Positions 1 through 9,900 of a stretch of 20,000 bases of DNA are shown one piece after another. Position numbers and translations under genes: made by a program. The notes beneath the pieces were generated by a model. That model saw nothing but the letters and a program-made list of their open reading frames with translations, had not been told where the DNA came from and made no database searches. Numbering within the stretch: the first letter of the stretch is position 1; every line of letters starts with the position of its first letter. Origin of the DNA: an uncultured virus (IMG/VR IMGVR_UViG_3300032167_000096) (lineage: Duplodnaviria; Heunggongvirae; Uroviricota; Caudoviricetes); IMG/VR virus record IMGVR_UViG_3300032167_000096, positions 53,952 through 73,951 of that record. One strand, written 5' to 3'.

Positions 1-824
1 TCTGTATCCATATAAAAAGGTATAGAAGTATATGTACCAAAATCAGCAATAGATTTCAAACCAGTTTTTGTATATGTTTCCCAGTTCATATTTCTAATTT
101 TTGTGCCATTAAGATAGACATCTCCAATACCTAGAAAAATTGCAGCAGCTCTGCACATTGGGTTGACAAATTTATAATAGCGTTTAGGATTATATTCAAA
201 AGTATAATAACGCCCAGCTCCTTTAAGCAAATCATCAATACTCCCGGTCTGATTTCCGGCACCAGCATTGATCAATTTACTAAGAATATTTTTCTTAGAA
301 CTTTCAGAATATTTACTCATGAAATTCGCTTTTCCTGGGGCTATGAAGAGTAATGGTATTCGCTCAATAATTCTTTCTCCATATTCATAACCAATGTTTT
401 CTGTAGAGCTTGAACCATCGAGACGTGGGTCAGTGTTTGGAAGAAATTGATAGGGCAGACCAAAAACACCGGCCACATGCTTAATCTTTACAAATTCAGA
501 GTTATTTATATTAGTATTTTGGCTTGCAAGAATATCTGAAGTAGAAGGAAGATATCCGCTACTTTCATCAGCAGATCCTCCAGAAGAAGCAGCTCGCATC
601 ATTATTCTTGGCGCACCCATTTCCATATAAGTCTCTTCAGCAGTATATGCTAAAGACCATCCTTCTGAATGCTTGATCCATAAAGATCCATCAATTTCTT
701 TTGATTCTTGTTCAATAATAACTTTTCCTTGGGATAGAGCTCCTCTAACTAAAGAAGTCTCACTATACCCAGATCTTATATAAATAGAAGAAGATGTTAC
801 AGTCCAAGTTGAATTCTTAGCCAT
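1..824 (-). CDS. Putative virion structural (tail/baseplate-region) protein with N-terminal SH3b-like domain; truncated by the window edge
   Basis: Not in the ORF track (no stop in window). Read manually: ATG at 824, AGGAGGT RBS at 839-833, frame open to position 1 (MAKNSTWTVTSSSIYIRSGYSETSLVRGALSQGKVII...GSLWIKHSEGW...GVFGLPYQFLPNTDPR...). The N-terminus fits the SH3b pattern (xIRSG...W...GW). The structural role is inferred from context. Confidence 0.7.
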   Translation of the reverse strand, partial: MAKNSTWTVTSSSIYIRSGYSETSLVRGALSQGKVIIEQESKEIDGSLWIKHSEGWSLAYTAEETYMEMGAPRIMMRAASSGGSADESSGYLPSTSDILASQNTNINNSEFVKIKHVAGVFGLPYQFLPNTDPRLDGSSSTENIGYEYGERIIERIPLLFIAPGKANFMSKYSESSKKNILSKLINAGAGNQTGSIDDLLKGAGRYYTFEYNPKRYYKFVNPMCRAAAIFLGIGDVYLNGTKIRNMNWETYTKTGLKSIADFGTYTSIPFYMDT

Positions 825-860
825 TTACTGTTACCTCCTATTCAATATTTTCTATTCAAT

Positions 861-872
861 TAATATATAGTT
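861..872 (-). promoter_or_regulatory. Putative phage late promoter AACT-ATATAT-TA
   Basis: AAC(A/T)-N6-TA motif about 37 nt upstream of ATG 824. The same motif precedes four other genes. Confidence 0.55.
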
Positions 873-899
873 GGAAGGGTCTAAAATGACCCTTCCAAC
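870..899 (-). terminator. 12-bp stem-loop after the giant gene (terminator or processing hairpin)
   Basis: GTTGGAAGGGTC (870-881) / TAAAAT loop / GACCCTTCCAAC (888-899), 11 nt past the stop. Followed by an AU-rich tail rather than a clean U-run. Confidence 0.6.
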
Positions 900-910
900 C
901 TTCATTTTAG

Positions 911-3900
911 TTATTCTTTAGCGATTGCAGCCATTGCTGTGAGGATATATTCATTATCCGAGCCATTCAGCATCTTAGAGACGCTTCCAGCATCGCCGCC
1001 GCCTTTCTTTATAAGATCAGCAAGAGCTCTTTCAGTTCTAGCCTTTCCTTGATTAGCAGCTTTATTCACCTCTTCAGGATCAATATCGATATTGAACTTG
1101 CTAGATAAGATATCAAGTATCTTAACAAGCAGAGCACTATTATCAGAAATATTCATAAGAAGAGTTACAATTGTCTGCAAGAATGTCGCATAATCAACAG
1201 TCTTAGCCATAGCATTAGCTCTACCAGCCGATGTCATAATCCTGCTTGTTCTAGCATCCTCTGTCTCATAAGAATTCAGAGCATCTCTAGCACGTCCAGC
1301 ATTCTTCTTAAAGTCAGCATTATGAGCCGATCCATGATAAGTATCGTAGATTGTAGCAGCATAACCCTTAGGAGTCTCATAATCAAGCGATTCATCAGTT
1401 TTATCATCCATATGATACTGCTTAAGATATGCATCAGAAGCAGCAGCATGATCAGTAGAACCACGAAGTGCAGAATATAGACTAGATCTTTCGGATTTCA
1501 TGTTATCGACAAGGAACTTCATCTGAGCATCAAGATCTCCGATAGAAGCACCCTTCTTAACAGTAGCATCATAGAGCTTACGTTTTCTATTTGCTGAATG
1601 CCACATTGTCATACCATAGCCAGAACCATCAGTAGCAAACTGCTCCCTAGTCTTCTGACCTCTGTCGACCATGTAAGTATAACCAACGTCAGTACCAAGA
1701 TCTTCTTCCTTAGAATCTTCAAGGTTTGCAGTCTTAAACTTGGAGCTATTATAGATATTACCCATAATACCAGCAGCACCATGTTCAGAGAAACCTTTAG
1801 ATCTCAAATACTTCCAAAGTTTTGCAGCGATTTCAGGGTTTTCAAACTCTGCTTCGCTTGTCGATCCAGAGATAGCATTATATGCATCTTCTCCAAACAT
1901 CGACTTTACAAGAGAACTGGTAAGAGAACCGAAACTAGACATAAGAGCATTGAAGCTCGTCTTTCTTCCTTCTTCTTCACCGTTTTCCCCATCACCTAAT
2001 CCATAGCGTCCACGGCCCTTACCGCTAACAATGGTAGAAGTCATCATAGAATTCAATACCTTATCTTTCTTGTAAACAAGAGAGCTCTGAGGCATATCAG
2101 GATCCTCGACAACAATATTACCATTCGCATCAAGACCAATAGCAGTTACGAAATGAGGAGTAGTTCCAAATGTTGCACCATGTTTGTTAGTCTTATCCTG
2201 TCCAAGCATAATTACCTGCTGTCCATTCTTAAGAGCTTCCATTATAGCGCCTCTATTTGTCGTATTCGTAGCATCAATATTCTGAGAATTCAAGAAGGAT
2301 TTAAAGTAACCTATATCGGTACCTCCTCCAGGAATTGTCATACCTTTGTCTTCAGCATAATCTGCAGCTTTTCTTACAGACATAGAGCCTGCGCCACGAA
2401 GACGATTAATAGCATTTGTAGCGGCTACAGGACCACATCCAGCTTTACCTATTGTACTGTCGCCATAAGGCATTCCAGCAAGTTCAGGTCCAGACTGATA
2501 TTTATGCCCTAAGCCATAATGGGCACGCATTTTTGCAGCATCATCAGATGCATTAGAAGAAAACCAACCTTTTACGGTATCCCAAGCACTACTAAATGCT
2601 CCAGATATTTTATCCCATGCACCACTAATACCACTTTTAATCTTTTCTCCAAGATTTGATGCGGCTTCTGTAATTCCACTAGTAAGATCTTTGAAAGTGA
2701 ATCCATCTTTTACCTTTTGGATTGCTGTTGTGATTCCTTCTTTAATCTTTCCAATAGCCTGTATAACAAGAGTTACAGGTGTCATAAGAACTTTACCGAT
2801 ATTAAATATTACATTAGCAATTGTATCACAAGTACTATTGCCTGTAGATTCAACTTTACTCGGAAGCTCTTCTCCCGCCCAAGCCTTAGTAAATAAAGTG
2901 CCAAATGCAGATCCGACTTTAGGGAATATTAGTTTAGATCCATCGATGAATCCCTTAACTGTATCGACTACACGTCCAACAGCATAGGTTAACGTACGAG
3001 GAACAAACATAACCACCTTAACAACTCCAAATATTACGTTCTGAATCTTATCGAGCAGATCAACTCCAGTTGTAGGTAGACTTTCATCAGATTCTTCACC
3101 CTTCCAAGCACTTGTAAACAAATTACCAGTTCCAGAAAGAATATTAGGAATAATCTTCTTAGCTCCATCTATAACTGTCTTAACAGCATCGACAACTCTT
3201 CCGACTGCATAAGTTAGAGTTCTAGGAATAAATGTGATTACCTTAACTACACCAAAGATACCATTCTGGATTTTATCGAGCAAATCTGTACCAGTGCTAG
3301 GTAGAGTGCGATCATTATCTTCACCTTTCCATGCATCTTTGAACAAGTTACCCGTTCCAGTAGCGATATTAGGAATAATCTTTTTAGATCCATCAATTAC
3401 CGCTTTAACAGCATCTACTACACGACCAACCGCATAAGTCAAGGTTCTAGGAACGAAGGTCATAACCTTAACAACTCCAAAGATACCACCCTGAATCTTA
3501 TCAAGAAGCTCATTTCCTGTACTAGGAAGCTCGCTATTATTCTCTTGACCCTTCCAAGCATCTACAAATAGCTGCCCAGTACCCTTAGCAACGTTGGGTA
3601 TAATGAGTTTAGCTGCATTGATAACAGACTTAACAGCATCTACAACTCTACCTACAGCATAGGTTAAAGTTCTAGGTACGAATGTCATCACCTTAACTAC
3701 CCCAAAGATACCGCCTTGAATTTTGTCAAGCAACTCATTTCCTGTACTAGGAAGCTCGCTATTATTCTCTTGACCCTTCCAAGCCGAAACAAATAAGTCT
3801 CCAGTACCTTTTGCAATATTAGGTATAATAAGCTTAGCAGCATTAATTACGGATTTGACTGCATCTACTACACGACCAACCGCATAGGTTAACGTACGAG

Positions 3901-6900
3901 GAACAAACGTGACAACTTTGACAATGCCAAATACCACATTTTGAATCTTATCGAGCAGATCATTTCCTGTAGAAGGCAATGTAGAATTATTATCTTCACC
4001 CTTCCATGCACTTACAAACAAATTCTTTGTACCAGTTGCTACATTAGGAATAATTTTCTTAGCAGCATCGATAACTGCTTTTACTCCATCTACAACCCTT
4101 CCAACTGCATAAGTTAGAGTTCTAGGTACAAATGTTACGACCTTTACAATACCAAAGACAACATTCTGAATCTTATCCAGAAGATCATTTCCAGTACTTT
4201 CAAGCTCACCGCCATTATCCTCACCCTTCCAAGCATCCTTGAACAATTGTCCAGTACCCTTGGCTACATTAGGAACTATGACTTTAGCAGCATTGATAAC
4301 TGCTTTAACACCATCTACTACACGACCTACAGCATAAGTTAGAGTTCTAGGTACAAATGTTACAACTTTAACTATACCGAATACTACATTCTGAATCTTA
4401 TCCAGAAGATCATTATCGGTCGATTTAAGTTGAACATCAGCATCTTCACCCTTCCAAGCAGCTGCAAATAGTTGTCCTGTACCAGAGGCAATATTAGGAA
4501 CGATTTCCTTAGCAACGTCAATAACTTTCTTGACTCCTCTTACTACACTGCCGATAGCAAATGCACCGAACTGTACAGGAAGCGTAACGATCTTTCCGAC
4601 AGTAAGTATAGCTTCAGAAACCTTATCAAGCATATCGTTGCCAGTAGGCTTAATTTGTCCTTGACAGAATTCTCCATTCCAAGCTTTCTTAAGAGTATCA
4701 GCCATTCCCTGGCCAACGTTAGGTAATACATTCTTTGCAGCATCTATTACCTTCTTAACAGCTCCAACAACCTTACCAATTAGGAATGCACCAAATTGTA
4801 CAGGAAGCGTAACGATCTTTCCGACAAAGAGAATTGCATTAGAAACTTTATCGAGCATTTCATTTCCGGTAGATTTAATCTGACCCTTACAGAATTCGCC
4901 CTTCCAAGCTCCCTTAAATGTATCTGCCATTCCTTGACCAACAGCAGGTATTACCTGTTTAGCAGCATCAAAGAGTTTGACGAATACATCTTTAATTTTA
5001 CCTACGAGAGAAGTTATAAGGATTACAGGAGTATAGAATACTTTTCCGATTCCAAGTATAATATTCGCAATCTTAGAGGTTACAGGGGATTCCTTGTTTT
5101 CCTCTACAGAATATTTATATGCTCCCTTAAGATCTCCCTTCCATGCAAAGGATAGAACTTTTCCGATTCCTTTTCCAATGGCAGAGAAAGTATCTTTGAA
5201 TCCATCAAAGAGTTTGCCAAATGTGCTGCCAACGTTAGAGAAGAAGCTTGTTACGCCCTCCCAAACATTGCTAGCCTTTTCTTTAGCCCATTCCCATGCA
5301 GTAGAAGCACCGGATTTTATTCCAGACCATGCTTTTCCTGCTGTATCTTTGATCCAAGTTCCGGCTTTGCCAAGAGCACCCTTAACAGCTTTCTTAGCTT
5401 TAAACCACCACTTGTCTTTGTTATTAAAGTCTTCAAGGTTAGTATACGTATCATCAGGATGAGCTTCATTCCAAGCATCCATGATATCATCTGCACGCTC
5501 TCTTGCTGCCATAAGCTCGTCAGCACTAAGACCAAAGAGCGGGAACAAGAATTCGACAATAATATCAACTAGAGTCTCTGTAGGAACTAGTCCAAAGGTT
5601 AAGTTGGTAGTTATAAGATGTAACAAACCACAAAGAACCTTATGGCCAAATCCAACCTTAAAAGATTCATCTCCTTTAGCAACGCCAAGAATTGTATCAG
5701 CATTGTTATAACCCCATAAGAAGTCTGCTACATAAAGAGCTATATTCAAATAAGGAATACACTTAGCTAATTTACCAGCAAGCTTACCAACACCAGATTT
5801 ACCAATCTTTGTAGCAACTTTACCAATCTTATCAGCAATTGCACTAAGAGCTTTCTTAATAACTCCATCATCAGTACCGGCCTTCTTACAAGCCTTCTTA
5901 ATGAATCCGATAATTTTACTATTGCCAGCAATTTCAGTAAAGAAATTCTTAATCTTAGCAATAATCTTAGGGCCATGCTTAGCTACATCATCTGCATTCT
6001 TAACGACCTTTTCAGCAGTTTCTTCAACTACTTCTTTGGCCACCTTAGAACCAGTTTTCGTAGCTGCAGTTTCGGCAGCTTCTTTACCAGCTTTGCCGAA
6101 TATTTTATCTTTAATCTTACTAAGAACACCTTTGCTCTTAGTTGCAGACTTAGCAGCGCCTTCTACAACGTCATCGGCATTCTTAGCCATAAATTTACCA
6201 ACGTCATCGACATTAGATCCAAATGCTTTGGCAATATCATCGGCACTATATCCGGCCTTCTTGCCCATAGCTTTTGCAATATCATCAGCAGATGTTCCAA
6301 AAGCCTTAGCAACTTCATCAGCCGTATATACAGGAGTATTTGTCATCCAGCTATTTAATTTCTGACCAAGCTTATTCGATCCACCAAAGATCTTTCCAGA
6401 CCATTTAGCGGCTTTGCCCATACCGCCAGTAACAACTTTAGCTGTACCTTTTCCAATACCCTTGCCGCTAATTTTACCAAGAGCTGTAAATATAGGATTC
6501 TTACGTCCAAGAAGTCCATGCAGGAATCCTCTACCGGCAACCTTAGCACCTTTACTTGCAAGACTATCGGTTGTATTCCAAGTATCATACTGATCTATTG
6601 CTATATTACCATTTTCATCATAATAAAGCTGATTAGTTGATTTCTTAGAACCGAGGAAACCATCCTCATACATTATATCCTGTCCAGACTTATTAAGCTT
6701 ATTGCCATTTGCATCATAAGTTTCATCTGCTTTAGCATCATTTACGCCAAACAATGAGCCATAATTGATTTCAGCAGCCTTATTTGCAGTATATGCGGCA
6801 GAGCTCTTAGCTGTACTGAACATGTTTTTCACAGATCCTTTAGCATCTCCAAGAGCATTATACATAGCATTGGAATTTGCAACACCACCATTAAGCTCTT

Positions 6901-9900
6901 TAAGTGCATTACCCGTGTCAATTGTAGTATTCTTTTCTCTTACAATACCCTTATTAAGTACTGCAATTTTAATACCATTAATAACGCCCTTTACAAGACC
7001 AAGGAACATGCTAGGCAAGTTCTTGATTAGTATTGCTACAAGAGGAGTTACAATATTATCCATTGCAAGACCCCAACCGGCAATAATCTTAGGAACAACG
7101 TCATTTACAAGAATGCCAGAAATTCCACCCTTACCTTCATACCAATCTTTGATCTTGGTAAAGAATCCTCCGATCTTCTCAACAACACCACCAGTGCCTA
7201 AGAAGATTTGTTTCATCTTATCACCAAGGCCACCAAGAAGACCATTCTTTACAACGTTACCATCAGCATCTTTCTCTCCAAATAGGAAAGATTTTAATTT
7301 AGGCCATACGGATGTTTTAATCCATTCAGAACCCCATCCAAGAAGTGAAAGTCCTCCGGCTGCAAGAGCTATCTTGCCAGCAGTAGTTCCAAGACCACCA
7401 GTAAGGAAACTAAAGATACCCTTAATACCTTTACCAATGCCGCCAAAGATCTTTCCAAGGAAGCCACCTCCCTCTTCATCATCTTTGCCTTTCTTCTTCT
7501 TGCCGAATCCTAAGCCTTCGCCAATACGTTGAAGCCATGTTGCAGATTCTCTGGTATTGGCATCATTCTCATCCTCTTCAGCCTCTTCTTGCTCTGCAGC
7601 TTGTCTAGCTTCAGTAGCTTCCTTAGAGTCTTCATCATGATGAGGAATAAATTTAGAAGCAAAGCCTGTAACTGCTTGACCAACTTTACTGCCTTTTGCT
7701 TTATTAAGCATTCTCTGGACAAGAGTAGGCTTGGCAGATCCATCGACCCCAGCTGCTTCAGCAGCTATAACGTCTTGCTGTGCTTCTTCTTTCTCCGCTT
7801 TTTCTCCAGCAGCATCTGCAATCTTTGCAATTTCAGAAGATGCCGGTCCCTTAGGAGCTTCTATAGTGGCAGGAACTCCAGATTTTCCATCAGTTAATTG
7901 CGGAACACCCTTCTGCTGACCTTCTTCATTACCAGGAGGTGTAGTTTTTTCAGCCTCTCCAGTAGGATCAAGCTGAATCTTGATCAATTTGATGATTTCA
8001 TCGATTTTGCTGTTAGCACTCTGGAATTGCTGAGAAACAACATCTGTCTGCTGCTTAGTAGCATCTAATATAGCTGCTTCAGCAGGATGCTCTTTCTTGA
8101 AAGCTTCATCTGCTGCAGCCGCAGCTGCTGCATCTGATTCTTTCTTTTTCTTTTCTTTTTCTGCAGCTTTGGTACGAAGAGCTATTTCTGCATCTACAGA
8201 TCTCTTGACATCTCTAAGACCCTTCTTATCCTTAACCTTATGACCAAGAATTTTAGAGAGTCCCTTATTGCCTTTTTTAAGATCTGCATTAGCCTTCTTA
8301 AGCTCTGCATTTGCGCCTTCAGCAGCCTCTACTTTAGCCCCGAGACGCTGCTTAAGATCTGCTTTTTCTACAGGAGTGAGATTAGGCTCTGCATCAATAA
8401 GACGGTGCATCTCTTCAAGATCTCCGTCTGCTCCAGCGCGAGCAATCTTCTTTACATATTTAAACTTAGTGACATCATATCTTAATGTGCCATCAGGGTT
8501 TGTTTCGTTAAAGAATGCAGAGATTTCCCGACCAAGCGCACCTCTAGCTTCAACTACAGCTTTACTTGCAGTTTGACGACCTTCAAGAGTTCCGCCAGCT
8601 TGAGCAGACATTGCTTGAAGTTCTTCAAGAGAAGCATTTGCAAGATACTCGTCTTGTTTCTGCATCTTATCAGCACCACGTACTTTGGAAAAGTAGTTAC
8701 GAACGCCATGCTTCTTTCTAAAGTCTAGACGCTCTTGTGCTGTCATATCTCTAGCTTTACCCTTATTGATTTGCCCCATTCTCATAGAATTGCCAATAGC
8801 ACCAAGAGCTTTGAAAGGAGCTGCTACAGCAACTTTAGCAATCTTAAGAGGGAACTTCAAGATGTTGAAGAACAACTTAGTCATCGGTTTGAAGACTTTC
8901 TCCTGAAGGAAATCATGAATCGGGATTCCGAGATATTTTTCAGCAACACGATTAAATGCATCTTTAACCCCATCGCCGATAGAGGTTATCATATTCTTTA
9001 GACCTTGCTTAAAAGGCTCCCAGAAATTCTTAAGAGGCTCAAGAAGATGCTTCTTAGCATATCCTTTAAATCCTTCAAGAATCTCATTAATCTTTTCTTT
9101 AGCAGGTTCAAGAATACCTCTCTTCATTGCACCAACAAGGCTACCCTTCTTAGGATCGTCAGGATCACCAAATACAAACTTATGAAAAGCAGAAGTACTA
9201 GAAAGCAATCCAACTCCAGCACCCATAATTGCATTACCAAGAAGACCAAAGGGCCCCATAAGAATACCAGCACCAGCACCAATAAGCATACTAGGAGCTG
9301 CTTTCTTAAGGTGTTTCTTAAACTTATCAAAGGATTCTTTCTTTAAGAATCCACCCTTACCATCCTTGTCACCGAATACAAATTCTTTAAACTTTTCATT
9401 ATTCTTTAAGAATCCGATAGAAGAACCGATAATAGCACCGCCAAGAGGTCCAAGAGGAGTCACAAGACCCAATAGACCACCAGCTATACCAAGATCTGTC
9501 ATATCTTTACCAGATTTCTTAAACATATCCACAAGACCCTTAGGCATCAGGCCCTTCTTATAAGTACCATCTTCCATCTCTTTACCAAAGAGAGCAGTCT
9601 TGAGAGTATCAGAACTTTCGATAATAGAAATACCAGCACCTGCCATAGCACCAAGTAGAGGGTTGAATCCGGTCAAAAGACCAGCAGCTCCACCAAGAAT
9701 ACCACTTGCGGCAGTTCTAGCACCTTTACCTTTATTCTCTTCCATGATCTTACGAAGGTTTGCCTTCATTTGATCAGTATTTACAGTACCTTTAGCATTT
9801 AATCCAATAGCATTGATTATTCTTCTACGATCTCTTCTCTCAAGAGCCTCCATAGCCTGCTGCTCTCTAGGATCGAAAGAAGCAGGAATAATCATTTCGC

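Noticed and set aside
2700..5200. Repeat array as a CRISPR array or a DGR TR/VR pair
   Set aside because: Repeats are in-frame coding units without unique spacers. The differences look like ordinary synonymous and amino-acid drift, not adenine-specific changes.
6160..6330. Short (S/T)ADDIAKAFG-like repeats resembling a helix-turn-helix
   Set aside because: Only 4-5 degenerate ~11-aa copies in a low-complexity helical region; compatible with ordinary tape-measure periodicity.
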